Source: Squalus acanthias (taxonomy: Eukaryota). Taken from it: DNA of 64,000 nt. The notes under the pieces are model-generated. The model was not told the origin of the DNA and ran no database searches. It was given only the letters and a program-made list of their open reading frames with translations. Both the position numbers and the translations under genes were made by a program. Numbering within the stretch: the first letter of the stretch is position 1; each line of letters begins with the position of its first letter. Where the stretch lies: the NCBI GenBank assembly GCA_030390025.1, contig CM059433.1:29638001-29702000 (forward strand), read 5' to 3'. Shown here one piece after another: positions 23,604-37,308 of the stretch.

Positions 23604-26049
23604 GGGCTGAATTTTTCCAGTGTGCAAAATGTGGCTTTGGAGAAGGGTCCGCTGTCGAAGTCGAAATGATTGACAGTGGGTTGGGATCCCGCTGCGAACC
23701 CGCCTCCATGTAAGTTTCCAAAGTGTCTGTGAATTCAGAACAGACCCGACACCAAGTGGTGGGGGAGGCATTTAAGATACTTAACTGCTTGTTAAGTGCT
23801 TGTTAACCATTATTTTGCCAGCCTTTTTCTATTTTACCACATTTTTAATGGGGTTCACGTCATTCAGAGATCACGTCAGGTAAGTAGGTCGGGTTCTCTG
23901 TGTCTCCCCATTGCTGTGAATAGGTGACAGCTGCAAAAGTGGTATGAAAGCTACCATTTCACAGCTGGTCACTTTCCAATGTCGGAAGCTTGAGCCTTCA
24001 GGACTTGGAAGACACTTTTGAGCTTTATGCAGTTTGGAAGTGTTTGGAGTAAACTGTCTATCCACTGTCACCTCCTTGGAGCAAGCTCTCTCACCATTGA
24101 CAGATCGCTTCTGTCATCTCAACTTCAGCTGCCATCTATTCCAGCAACATTGGTGTCCTTGAAAAAATCTCACCTTGGTCCTCTGAATTCCTCCACGATT
24201 AACCCCAACACCAACATCACCAGGCACACCAACATCACCAACAACAACACCAACCTTCTCCGCAATCACCTGATGCTGCACAGGACACAGGGCATCAGCA
24301 CCTGACATCGTTGCTGCCTGAGAAGCCAGCGATGGCACCACCATGGCCAGATTTACTTCACTTGACGGTGTACACCCTGGCTGCCACATGATGGGCCAGG
24401 TTAACACCATCACCATAAAGCATTCCTACAATGACCAAGCCATTCCTTTCATACTCATCACCATTAAGGGGATACCATTATGCCTCACCATTCACTGCAA
24501 CTCACTAAAACACTTCCAAAGGTGAGCACAGATCTGTACAATAAGGCAAAGGCCTAAAAATTCGGTTGCTTTGTGCCTCCCGGTAGCTCCCTAAGAGGGC
24601 GCTAACGGGGCGCAAAGCTACTAGCGCCTGGGCGTGGTGTCGCCAACACCTCCCGCGAAATTCAGTGGGAAGATAGCGGCGCTGGTAACCGTTAGCGCTC
24701 TGCGGCGCTGTGCCACCGGCGATGACGTCATCGCCGTGCGCGGCGCCCCGCTCGCGCCCCGGCCACGATCTTCGGTAACGCCCCCTGACTTACCGTCGGA
24801 CGCTATGTCCGACGAGGTAAGGGGGTCCTACCTGCGGCCGGGGCGGTGCAAATTAAAGGGGAGGTGCCGGGCGGCCATTTTTGTTGCTGGCCCCTCTGCC
24901 GTCCCCGGCCTCCTCTGCAGCCCCCCAGCGGAGTGCCGGCTGCGCCCCGTGAGCCCGGCACTTCTCTTGAGTGCCGTGCTCTTTTGCCGGCACTTCGATC
25001 CTTGGTGGCCCAGCTGGGCCCCGGGTCGCGCTGCGCTAGACCCCTCCCCTTTAAGAAGGGGAGGAAGGCCTGCATGACATGCCGCAGAGCGTGGCGTTGC
25101 GGCACGTAGCGTTGCGATATTCACTCGCAGCGCCCCAAGAGGGAGACGGGGCGCTTCCAGTAACACCCCGCTTCCCTCTTGGGGTGCTACCGGTGAATTT
25201 CGGCCGCGGGGGCACTAATTTTTTCGGGGCGCTAAAAGTAGCAAAGTGAGCACCCCAAAGGGGGCACGACTCAACTTTTCCCCCAAAGTGTTTAAAATAA
25301 AGATTTCAATGTTTGACAACACATTAACAGAAAATTTACATGAACATTGCATAAGACACCCAAGTGGCCTCCTTGTGTGTTGTTAGTTGGTATGATTGCA
25401 CCAGGATGAGGGTGAGTGTGAGGGGTGACTAGTGAGATGGAGAAGTGATGATGTAGATAGAGAGGGATGGGTGGAGGTGCAAAGTAAGTTGGTGTGAGTA
25501 AGGATGTGCAGGAGTAGGGTAGGGAAGGCAGAATTATGGGGATGTGATGAGATTGAGTGTGGCTTTGCAGTAACGTTTTGTGATCTACTGAGATCATTGA
25601 AAGGTTTGCACCACTGCAGCCAGGTCCTCCTGACGACATCCCTGCTTTTGCCCTCCTGTGCAATGTGCAACCAGGCTGCGTTGGTGTCCTGGGGAGGACT
25701 CTTCTGCCCTTTGAAAGGAAGAGAAACTCCCTGCGTGCATATGGAGGCAGTCATGCGAGAGCCTGGGTGCAGCCGTGCACCTTTGTGCAGTGCTGGTGAA
25801 TGTTTGCAGCACCTCAATGCTGCTGAACACTGACAGCACAACTGTCAAAATGAATGCGGCCATGGTCCCTTTAAGGAAACTGACTAATGACGCATCCTCA
25901 CATGACGTCATCAGACCCGCTTCCTTTTAATTGGCCGGGAACCCAGCAGGATGGGCTTAACAAGCCCTAATAACGGAAAATCCTTTCTGGAGAGCGGCTG
26001 CAGCCGGGAACGGAACCGGAACCCGCCAACCACTGGCGAAATCATGGCC
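23604..26049 (+). mobile_element. Non-autonomous family-D Harbinger containing nested MITE E
   Basis: TSD TAG; the CR1 3' sequence is continuous across it. Collinear with 164-1872. Decayed Myb exon on - at ~25570-25790 (APRLSHDCLHM, WLHIAQEGKSRDVVRRTWLQWCKPFNDLSRS). Confidence 0.8.
24551..25284 (+). mobile_element. Harbinger-type MITE (E), related to family-A ends
   Basis: TSD AAA. The empty site is visible in the paralogous copy at ~1040-1055 (AAGGTAAAGTGTTG). Left end GGCCTAAAAATTCGGTTGC...TAAGAGGGCGCTAACGGGGCGC resembles family A. CRE at 24723. Confidence 0.8.
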
Positions 26050-26434
26050 TAGGAGTCATAAATATAAGATAGTCACTAATAAATCCAATAGGGAATTCTG
26101 GAGAAACTTCTTTACCCAGTGAGTGGTTAGAATGTGGAACTCGCTACCACAGGGATTAGCTGTGGCGAATAGCAGAGATGCATTTAAGGGGATGCTAGAT
26201 AAACATATGAGGGAGAAAGGAATAGAAGGTTATGCTGATAAGGTGAGATGAAGTAGCGATGGAAGGAGGCTCGTGTGGAGCATGAACACCGACCGGCATG
26301 GACCAGTTGGGCCGAATGGCCTGGTTCGGTGCTGTAAACTTCTATGTACGAAAAGGTGCCGACTGCTAATTTTGACCTCCTCATAACCAACAAAAGAAAA
26401 ACACATGACTAAATGCAGATTTGCTTTCTTACAG

Positions 26435-26553
26435 AGTTCATGATACAGTTGGTGCTGTAGCTCTAGACATTGAAGGCAACTTGGCCTGTGCCACATCCAC
26501 TGGAGGGATCACCAATAAAATGGTGGGACGAGTTGGAGATACACCAATCATAG
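26435..26553 (+). CDS. ASRGL1: Internal exon of isoaspartyl peptidase/L-asparaginase (ASRGL1 family) containing the Ntn nucleophile Thr
   Basis: Acceptor TTTCTTACAG, donor GTAGAA, 119 nt. Encodes [39 protein letters not shown](G), the conserved asparaginase-2 motifs. Orthologue versus paralogue is not resolved. Confidence 0.88.
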
Positions 26554-27809
26554 GTAGAACAACAACTTGCATTTTAAGAGCGCCTTTAATGGAGTCAACA
26601 TTAACATCAATTTTGATAAAAGCAACTTAAAATTTTAAACCACCTATTAAAATTGACTACACTGTCAAATACTTTGGTTAGAAATCCAATTAAGTAAGGT
26701 CTATTCATCCTTACGATTAACATAACCACAATTTCAGTCCACAATCATTTAAGATCAATTCCTCTGTCCTCTCCATATGCTTCTTCATCAGTAAGTAGCT
26801 GTTATGTGTTTGCAAATCAATGATAATTGGGTGCTTCTGGGCATGCAATATCCAGTGAAGTGTGCATTCAGGTCTCACTTCTGAGTCAGCAGGTTGTAGG
26901 TTCCTGTCCCACTCCAGAGGATGGTGCAAATGGTAAGGTGTGATGAACATTCTCAGATACAGGTGGACTCAATTCGGGGTTTACAGCTGCACCTATTTTG
27001 AATGTTTGTAAAGTCCAAATCAAGGCTTCCTTCCATTGAACCTTTGGCTGCCTGATTTCTCCTTTGTGAGCCTGAAGGGTTCACGAAAAGAATTGACTGA
27101 ATGGCAATCTTAATGATGAGCTTTCTTCGTTAAATAATAAGGACATTCTTTTTGAAATGGTAGCTTTAAAATTCTGTATGCTTATTTTCTAGCTGTGTGG
27201 CACCTAGCTTTTACAACTTGCACCTGTTACTGTCTATGTACAGTGGATAGGAACAGGAGACGGCCATTCAGCTCCTCGAGCCTGTTCCGCCATTCAATGA
27301 GATCATGGTTGATCTGTTTCTTAGCACCATTTATACGCCATGGTCCCGTAACCCTTAAAACCCTCGCCTAACAAAAATCTATTGATCTCAGTTTTGACAT
27401 TTTCAATTGATTCCCCCAGCCTCAATAGCTTTTTGGGGGAGAGAGTTCCAGATTTCCACTACCCTTTGTGTGAAGAAGTGCTTTCTGACATCATCCCTGA
27501 ATGGCCTAGCTCTAATTTTAAGGCTATGCCCCCTTGTTCTGGACTCCCCCACCAGAGGAAATAGTTTCTCTCTGTCTATCGTTATCTAATATCATTAATC
27601 TTCTCAATTAGATCACCCCTAAATCTTCTATACTCGAGGGAATGCAAGCCTAATCTGTGCAACCTGTACGCATAATTTAATCCTTTTCGCCCAGGTATTA
27701 TTCTAGTGAATCTGTGCTTCACCGCCTTCAAGGCCAATATATCCTCCCTGAGGTGCTGATCTTGTTGTTTTGTACAATAGTGTTAAGTCTCTGTTATGTT
27801 TTCTCTTAG

Positions 27810-27920
27810 GTTCAGGTGGGTACGCTGACAACCAGGTCGGTGCAGTATCTTCAACAGGCCACGGAGAGTCGATTCTTAAAGTAACCTTAGCCCGGCTTAT
27901 CCTTTTCCATATGGAGCAAG
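27810..27920 (+). CDS. ASRGL1: Next exon of the ASRGL1-family gene
   Basis: Acceptor TTCTCTTAG, donor GTAATC, 111 nt, phase-compatible with the previous exon. Encodes GSGGYADNQVGAVSSTGHGESILKVTLARLILFHMEQ(G), including the TGHGE motif. Confidence 0.9.
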
Positions 27921-28945
27921 GTAATCTAAGAGAGTGACAGGAATTATTTTTTGTTATTGTTTTAAGGAAGGAGGTTGCAGGAATACTCTGTCTCTGGTCT
28001 ACACTATAATTGGGTCTGCAGAATATATATTATCCTTCTTCTTGAAGTGTTCTTCCTTTTAGCAACTCTGTTACTATCTTATTTTTCATCATTCAGTAAC
28101 TGAAACTCTTTACTGAAATACAGTTAAGCCGTGACATGACAGATTCCATTTTTACCAAAGAGAGACTTATCTTAATGTGGATTGGATCTTATCAGTGCTT
28201 ACAATGTATTAAGGATAATGGATTGCATTATTTTCATCTTGACAGAATTGATCTTAGCAGAGTTGTCATTAACTGGGCAAAATTGGACTCACATATATAC
28301 AGAAAATACACGCAGAATGATTGAACTTCGGTTGGAAAAGGATCTTTCTTCAGTTAATTATAAAGCCGCTTGAATTCTATGAGGCATCTTTATTGACCCG
28401 GATAAACAAGTGTGACCCTCAACACTCCTTGGGTGGTGACCCTGGTTCTGGTTTCATTCAGATGGTGCCTGATGTTGCACTCCAGGGTGGACCTGGTCCT
28501 AGTTGACTGAATCTCAACTCAAGATTATTTGAGACATGGCTCGGCTCTAAGTGAGTTTTGGTTCAAATTTTTGTTGCTGTTGAGCAGAATACTGTTGTAT
28601 CATTGTCAAGATGTGGTCGCAGATTGTATTCACTCAGTTTAGGTAGATTTGGCTTCATGAACCGACATAGAGTTGAGCTACAAAGCTAGTTGCTTGATGG
28701 ACATGGACGCGCTGCTTCTTATTTAATTTATAATGAAGGAACCTGGTAACTGACTTCAGCCGTCTATCTGATAGCCTCTGGAAATGGTTGGGCCTGCACG
28801 TGCTCACCGCTTGCTGAGGTTGCTGGGATTGCACACCATTGGAGACTTTCCATGAAAGTTAACGCATGTGAGAAGTTTCAAGCTGCTGTTGGAGATTTCT
28901 GCTGGGATTTTGGTGTGAGCTGTGAGATATTGGGCAGCAGCATCA

Positions 28946-31900
28946 GGATTTTGGGAGGAGCAGTGGGATTTTGGGCAGGAGCAGTGGGATTTTAACAGGA
29001 GCAGTGGGATTTTGGAAGGAGCAGTGGGATTTTGGAAGGAGCAGTGGGATTTTGGGAGGAGCAGTGGGATTTTGGGCTGGAGCAGTGGGATTTTGGGAGG
29101 AGCAGTGGGATTTTGGGAGGAGCAGTGGGATTTTGGGCAGGAGCAGTGGGATTTTGGGAGGAGCAGTGGGATTTTGGGCAGGAGCAGTGGGATTTTGGGA
29201 GGAGCAATGGGATTTTGGGCAGGAGCAGTGGGATTTTGGGAGGAGTAGTGGGATTTTGGAAGGAGCAGTGGGATTTTGGGAGGAGCAGTGGGATTTTGGG
29301 GAGGAACAGTGGGATTTTGGGAGGAGCAGTGGGATTTTGGGAGGAGCAGTGGGATTTTGGGAGGAGCAGTGGGATTTTGGGAGGAGCAGTGGGATTTTGG
29401 GAGGAGTAGTGGGATTTTGGGAGGAGCAGTGGGATTTTGGGCTGGAGCAGTGGGATTTTGGGGAGGAACAGTGGGATTTTGGGAGGAGTAGTGGGATTTT
29501 GGGAGGAGCAGTGGGATTTTGGGCTGGAGCAGTGGGATTTTGGGGAGGAACAGTGGGATTTTGGGAGGAGTAGTGGGATTTTGGGAGGAGCAGTGGGATT
29601 TTGGGGAGGAACAGTGGGATTTTGGGAGGAGTAGTGGGATTTTGGGAGGAGCAGTGGGATTTTGGGCTGGAGCAGTGGGATTTTGGGAGGAGCAGTGGGA
29701 TTTTGGGCTGGAGCAGTGGGATTTTGGGAGGAGCAGTGGGATTTTGGGGAGGAGCAGTGGGATTTTGGGAGGAGTAGTGGGATTTTGGGAGGAGTAGTGG
29801 GATTTTGGGAGGAGCAGTGGGATTTTGGGAGGAGCAGTGGGATTTTGGGAGGAGTAGTGGGATTTTGGGAGGAGCAGTGGGATTTTGGGGAGGAACAGTG
29901 GGATTTTGGGAGGAGTAGTGGGATTTTGGGAGGAGCAGTGGGATTTTGGACAGGAGCAGTGGGATTTTGGGAGGAGCAGTGGGATTTTGGGAGGAGCAGT
30001 GGGATTTTGGGAGGAGCAGTGGGATTTTGGGAGGAGTAGTGGGATTTTGGGGAGGAACAGTGGGATTTTGGACAGGAGCAGTGGGATTTTGGGAGGAGTA
30101 GTGGGATTTTGGGAGGAGTAGTGGGATTTTGGGAGGAGCAGTGGGATTTTGGGGAGGAACAGTGGGATTTTGGGAGGAGTAGTGGGATTTTGGGAGGAGC
30201 AGTGGGATTTTGGGGAGGAACAGTGGGATTTTGGACAGGAGCAGTGGGATTTTGGGAGGAGCAGTGGGATTTTGGGAGGAGTAGTGGGATTTTGGGAGGA
30301 GCAGTGGGATTTTGGGAGGAGCAGTGGGATTTTGGGCAGGAGCAGTGGGATTTTGGGAGGAGTAGTGGGATTTTGGGAGGAGCAGTGGGATTTTGGGAGG
30401 AGCAGTGGGATTTTAGGGAGGAACAGTGGGATTTTGGGAGGAGCAGTGGGATTTTGGGAGGAGCAGTGGGATTTTGGGTGGGAGCAGTGGGATTTTGGGA
30501 GGAGCAGTGGGATTTTGGGAGGAACAGTGGGAGTTTGGGAGGAGCAGTGGGATTTTGGACAGGAGCAGTGGGATTTTGGGTGGGAGCAGTGGGATTTTGG
30601 GAGGAGCAGTGGGATTTTGGGAGGAACAGTGGGATTTTGGGAGGAACAGTGGGATTTTGGGAGGAGCAGTGGGATTTTGGGAGGTACAGTGGGATTTTGG
30701 GAGGAGCAGTGGGATTTTGGGAGGAGCAGTGGGATTTTGGGTGGGAGCAGTGGGATTTTGGGAGGAGCAGTGGGATTTTGGGTGGGAGCAGTGGGATTTT
30801 GGGAGGTGCAGTGGGATTTTGGGAGGAGCAGTGGGATTTTGGGTGGGAGCAGTGGGATTTTGGGAGGAGCAGTGGGATTTTGGGCAGGTGCAGTGGGATT
30901 TTGGGAGGAGCAGTGGGATTTTGGGCAGGAGCAGTGGGATTTTGGGTGGGAGCAGTGGGAATTTGGGGAGGAGCAGTGGGATTTTGGACAGGAGCAGTGG
31001 GATTTTGGGAGGAGCAGTGGGATTTTGGGAGGAGCAGTGGGAATTTGGGGAGGAGCAGTGGGATTTTGGACAGGAGCAGTGGGATTTTGGGAGGAGCAGT
31101 GGGATTTTGGGAGGAGCAGTGGGATTTTGGACAGGAGCAGTGGGATTTTGGGAGGAGCAGTGGGATTTTGGGAGGAGCAGTGGGATTTTGGGAGGAACAT
31201 TGGGATTTTGGGAGGAGCAGTGGGATTTTGGGAGGAACATTGGGATTTTGGGGAGGAGCAGTGGGATTTAGGGAGGAGCAGTGGGATTTTGGGAGGAGCA
31301 GTGGGATTTTGGGGAGGAGCAGTGGAATTTTGGGGAGGAACAGTGGGATTTAGGGAGGAGCAGTGGGATTTTGGGAGGAGCAGTGGGATTTTGGGAGGAA
31401 CAGTGGGATTTTGGGGAGGAGTAGTGGGATTTTGGGAGGAGCAGTGGGATTTTGGGAGGAGCAGTGGGATTTAGGGAGGAGCAGTGGGATTTTGGGGAGG
31501 AACAGTGGGATTTTGGGAGGAGTAGTGGGATTTTGGGAGGAGCAGTGGGATTTTGGACAGGAGCAGTGGGATTTTGGGAGGAGCAGTGGGATTTTGGGAG
31601 GAGCAGTGGGATTTTGGGAGGAGTAGTGGGATTTTGGGAGGAGCAGTGGGATTTTGGGAGGAGTAGTGGGATTTTGGGAGGAGCAGTGGGATTTTGGGGA
31701 GGAACAGTGGGATTTTGGACAGGAGCAGTGGGATTTTGGGAGGAGCAGTGGGATTTTGGGAGGAGCAGTGGGATTTTGGGAGGAGCAGTGGGATTTTGGA
31801 CAGGAGCAGTGGGATTTTGGGAGGAGCAGTGGGATTTTGGGAGGAGCAGTGGGATTTTGGGAGGAGTAGTGGGATTTTGGGAGGAGCAGTGGGATTTTGG

Positions 31901-34863
31901 GAGGAGTAGTGGGATTTTGGGAGGAGCAGTGGGATTTTGGGGAGGAACAGTGGGATTTTGGACAGGAGCAGTGGGATTTTGGGAGGAGCAGTGGGATTTT
32001 GGGAGGAGCAGTGGGATTTTGGGAGGAGCAGTGGGATTTTGGGAGGAGTAGTGGGATTTTGGGAGGAGTAGTGGGATTTTGGGAGGAGCAGTGGGATTTT
32101 GGGAGGAGTAGTGGGATTTTGGGAGGAGCAGTGGGATTTTGGGGAGGAACAGTGGGATTTTGGACAGGAGCAGTGGGATTTTGGGAGGAGTAGTGGGATT
32201 TTGGGAGGAGTAGTGGGATTTTGGGAGGAGCAGTGGGATTTTGGGGAGGAACAGTGGGATTTTGGGAGGAGTAGTGGGATTTTGGGAGGAGCAGTGGGAT
32301 TTTGGGGAGGAACAGTGGGATTTTGGACAGGAGCAGTGGGATTTTGGGAGGAGCAGTGGGATTTTGGGAGGAGTAGTGGGATTTTGGGAGGAGCAGTGGG
32401 ATTTTGGGAGGAGCAGTGGGATTTTGGGCAGGAGCAGTGGGATTTTGGGAGGAGTAGTGGGATTTTGGGAGGAGCAGTGGGATTTTGGGAGGAGCAGTGG
32501 GATTTTAGGGAGGAACAGTGGGATTTTGGGAGGAGCAGTGGGATTTTGGGAGGAGCAGTGGGATTTTGGGTGGGAGCAGTGGGATTTTGGGAGGAGCAGT
32601 GGGATTTTGGGAGGAACAGTGGGAGTTTGGGAGGAGCAGTGGGATTTTGGACAGGAGCAGTGGGATTTTGGGTGGGAGCAGTGGGATTTTGGGAGGAGCA
32701 GTGGGATTTTGGGAGGAACAGTGGGATTTTGGGAGGAACAGTGGGATTTTGGGAGGAGCAGTGGGATTTTGGGAGGTACAGTGGGATTTTGGGAGGAGCA
32801 GTGGGATTTTGGGAGGAGCAGTGGGATTTTGGGTGGGAGCAGTGGGATTTTGGGAGGAGCAGTGGGATTTTGGGTGGGAGCAGTGGGATTTTGGGAGGTG
32901 CAGTGGGATTTTGGGAGGAGCAGTGGGATTTTGGGAGGAGCAGTGGGATTTTGGGCAGGTGCAGTGGGATTTTGGGAGGAGCAGTGGGATTTTGGGCAGG
33001 AGCAGTGGGATTTTGGGAGGAGCAGTGGGATTTTGGGAGGAGCAGTGGGAATTTGGGGAGGAGCAGTGGGATTTTGGACAGGAGCAGTGGGATTTTGGGA
33101 GGAGCAGTGGGATTTTGGGAGGAGCAGTGGGATTTTGGACAGGAGCAGTGGGATTTTGGGAGGAGCAGTGGGATTTTGGGAGGAGCAGTGGGATTTTGGG
33201 AGGAACATTGGGATTTTGGGAGGAGCAGTGGGATTTTGGGAGGAACATTGGGATTTTGGGGAGGAGCAGTGGGATTTAGGGAGGAGCAGTGGGATTTTGG
33301 GAGGAGCAGTGGGATTTTGGGGAGGAGCAGTGGAATTTTGGGGAGGAACAGTGGGATTTAGGGAGGAGCAGTGGGATTTTGGGAGGAGCAGTGGGATTTT
33401 GGGAGGAACAGTGGGATTTTGGGAGGAGCAGTGGGATTTTGGGAGGAGCAGTGGGATTTAGGGAGGAGCAGTGGGATTTTGGGGAGGAACAGTGGGATTT
33501 TGGGAGGAGCAGTGGGATTTTGGGAGGAGCAGTGGGATTTAGGGAGGAGCAGTGGGATTTTGGGGAGGAACAGTGGGATTTTGGGAGGAGTAGTGGGATT
33601 TTGGGAGGAGCAGTGGGATTTTGGACAGGAGCAGTGGGATTTTGGGAGGAGCAGTGGGATTTTGGGAGGAGCAGTGGGATTTTGGGAGGAGTAGTGGGAT
33701 TTTGGGAGGAGCAGTGGGATTTTGGGAGGAGTAGTGGGATTTTGGGAGGAGCAGTGGGATTTTGGGGAGGAACAGTGGGATTTTGGACAGGAGCAGTGGG
33801 ATTTTGGGAGGAGCAGTGGGATTTTGGGAGGAGCAGTGGGATTTTGGGAGGAGCAGTGGGATTTTGGACAGGAGCAGTGGGATTTTGGGAGGAGCAGTGG
33901 GATTTTGGGAGGAGCAGTGGGATTTTGGGAGGAGTAGTGGGATTTTGGGAGGAGCAGTGGGATTTTGGGAGGAGTAGTGGGATTTTGGGAGGAGCAGTGG
34001 GATTTTGGGGAGGAACAGTGGGATTTTGGACAGGAGCAGTGGGATTTTGGGAGGAGCAGTGGGATTTTGGGAGGAGCAGTGGGATTTTGGGAGGAGCAGT
34101 GGGATTTTGGGAGGAGCAGTGGGATTTTGGGAGGAGTAGTGGGATTTTGGGAGGAGTAGTGGGATTTTGGGAGGAGCAGTGGGATTTTGGGAGGAGTAGT
34201 GGGATTTTGGGAGGAGCAGTGGGATTTTGGGGAGGAACAGTGGGATTTTGGACAGGAGCAGTGGGATTTTGGGAGGAGCAGTGGGATTTTGGGAGGAGTA
34301 GTGGGATTTTGGGAGGAGCAGTGGGATTTTGGGAGGAGCAGTGGGATTTTGGGCAGGAGCAGTGGGATTTTGGGAGGAGTAGTGGGATTTTGGGAGGAGC
34401 AGTGGGATTTTGGAAGGAGCAGTGGGATTTTGGGAGGAGCAGTGGGATTTTGGGAGGAGCAGTGGGATTTTGGGAGGAGCATTGGGAGTTTGGGAGGAGC
34501 AGTGGGAGTTTGGGAGGAGCAGTGGGATTTTGGGAGGAACAGTGGGATTTTGGGAGGAGCAGTGGGATTTTGGGAGGAGCAGTGGGATTTTGGGAGGAGC
34601 AGTGGGATTTTGGGAGGAGCAGTGGGATTTTGGGAGGAGCAGTGGGATTTTGGGAGGAGCAGTGGGATTTTGGGAGGAGCAGTGGGATTTTGGGAGGAGC
34701 AGTGGGATTTTGGGAGGAGCAGTGGGATTTTGGGCAGGAGCAGTGGGATTTTGGGAGGAGCAGTGGGATTTTGGGAGGAGCAGTGGGATTTTGGGCAGGA
34801 GCAGTGGGATTTAGGGAGGAACAGTGGGATTTTGGAGGAGCAGTGGGATTTTGGGAGGAGCAG
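28946..34863. repeat. ~5.9-kb satellite/minisatellite, 20/21-bp unit (GGGATTTTGGGAGGAGCAGT)n with variant units
   Basis: Directly visible tandem array. Variant units (GGACAGG, GGGTGGG, GAACATT, TTTAGGG) recur in duplicated blocks. Confidence 0.97.
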
Positions 34864-37308
34864 CAGTAGAACTATATAAGTGACTGAAACATAAATAGGT
34901 AAATGGATAGATTTGATTCTCAGTTGTTGCCAGTGGTCCTTCTGAGTGTCACAGGAGCTCACAAATTAATACATCAGCTTTGATTTTTATATATGTTATG
35001 AAGTGCATGCACAAATGGGTCTTTTCTGCCCATGCAATGACTGTTGGCGATGATGGTTTAAGCTGTTCTCACAACAATTCCGTCTCCACTCTTTTAACAG
35101 AGGCTTTAACCCATTTAAGATGCTTAGAGGAAACTCATGTGATCAGCCTTAAATTTCTGTTTGTCAAAAAAGTCACAGTTGTCACCTGTGGCTCAGTTGG
35201 TAGTACTCTTGCCTCTGAGTCAGAAGGTCGTGGGTTCAAGAGACTTGAGCACAAAATCTAGATTGCCACTCCCAGTGCAGTACTGAGGGAGTGCTGCACT
35301 GTCAGAGGTGCGGTCTTTCGGATGAGGCGTTAAACCGAGGCTCTGTCTGCCCTGGCCACCATTTATCCCTTAACCAACATCACTAAAAAACAGATGATCT
35401 GGTCATTTATCTTGTTGCTGCTTGTGTGCAAAGTGGCTGTCGTGTTTCTTACATTACAACATTGACTACACTTCAAAAAGTACTTCATTGCCTGTAAAGC
35501 GTTTTGGGCCATCCTGAGGTCATGAAAGGTGCTATATAAATGCAAGTCTTCTTTAGCCATTTTTAAAATTTGACCAAAAGAATATTCTTTGGAACAGGTA
35601 CATATCTGGTTTCGTCATTTTTGTAGTAATGTATGATGTGGGCCTCAATAGTTCAGTTTGTATTCAAATCGCTCCATGGCCTCGCCCCTCCCTATCTCTA
35701 TAATCTCATCCAGCACCACAACCCCCCCGAGATATCTGCGCTCCTCTAATTCTGGCCTCTTGAGCATCTCTGATTTTAATTGCTCAACCATTGGTGGCCG
35801 TGTCTTCAGCTGCTTAGGCCCTAAACTCTGGAATTCCTTGCCTAAACCTTTCCGCCTCTCTACCTCTCCCTCCTCTTTTAATATGCTCCTTAAAACCTAC
35901 CTCTTTGGACAAACTTTTGGTCACCTGCCCTAATCTCTCCTTATTTGGCTCAGTGTCAAATTTTGTTTTATAACACTCCTGTGACGCGCCTTGGGACATT
36001 TAATACATTAAAGGCACTATATAAATACAGGTTGTTGTTGTTGTATTGGTTGAGAACAGTTGTGTAGTGGAGTTGAGTGCACCCAATGTATTTGTTACAT
36101 TGCATAATTTGTTTTTACATTGAGGAATTCCATTAAACAAGACCAGTAAACCGCAAATAAAAGTTCATTCGGAAAAATATGAATCACAAAATTCCAACGC
36201 ACTATGAAGAGCATTTATTTATCCTTCTCAATCATTATTATGCTTTCTTGAGAATAATGATTCCAGGTTCTTTTCTAAGCCACGGAGAGGCACAAAATTT
36301 ATTACTTCCTCGTAATTGGCATATTTTTATGGAATTTCTCCATTGGATTCAGCCAGACATCATTGTTCACGCAGTGATAGTGACAAGACGGATTGCTGTG
36401 ATTCCTTTTCTGCATTATTATTATTGAATTTAATTATTTTCATTCACACACTCAGATGTGAAACACTGTCAGTCTCCTGATCTAATATCACAGACAGTTT
36501 GAAAGCGATCCGGTGTCAATTATAGGGGATTTTACAATAGGACCAGCAACAGAAACTTTTAATGAGAATTATTTTTTTTTTGGCCACTTTATTTAATGAG
36601 TTTGCTTAATTAAAAGAACTTTGAAATTGAAACCAATAATTAACTTGGGTCATTTCGTTGAAATAAATGCCTCCAGGGGCTTGCTGGCTCGCCGTAAAAT
36701 GGAAGTTCTCGCAAGAATTAAAGCAGTGTTGATGGTCTCAGTGTTGCAAATTATGGGTTCATCCGTGACTGGCGTTAGTTGGGACTTAGCATGAAATGGA
36801 CATTAATTGAATTCTTGATATAAGGTGGAAGATAGACATCATTTTACCATTAATTTCCAAGTAAATGTGCTTCTTTCCATCACTTTGTTGATGCTTTTAA
36901 CCCATCATTGTTAACACACTGTGGCATCCTCTAACATAAGAACAAGTCTTCGGTGAGCCAGAAGAGTGCAGTACTGAGGGATTGCTGCACTGTTGGAGGT
37001 GCCGTCTTTCGAATGAGAGGTTAAACCGAGGCCCCGCCTGCTCTCTCGGGTGGATGCAAATGATTCCATGACACTATTTTGAAGAAGAGCAGGGGAGTTC
37101 TCCTGGCCATATTTATCCCTCAACCAATATCACTCAAACAGATTATCTGGTCATTATCACATTGCTGTTTGTGGGAGGTTTCTATGCGCAAATTGGCTGT
37201 CGCGTTTCCTACATTACAACTGTGACTATACTTTAAAAAGTACTTAATTGGCTGTAAAGCGCATTGGGACATCCTGAGGTCATGAAAGGAGCTATATAAA
37301 TGCAAATA

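Noticed and set aside
26421..26630. Standalone 69-aa ORF
   Set aside because: It is an internal exon read through its splice sites; similarity is confined to 26435-26553.
28946..34863. CRISPR-like or telomeric array
   Set aside because: Head-to-tail units without unique spacers, no cas genes, and the unit is not TTAGGG.
28804..34962. Very long ORFs (up to 798 aa; PKIPLLLPKSHCSSQN / WEEQWDFGRSSGILGG)
   Set aside because: They are translations of the 20/21-bp satellite, open in several frames on both strands because the unit lacks stops.
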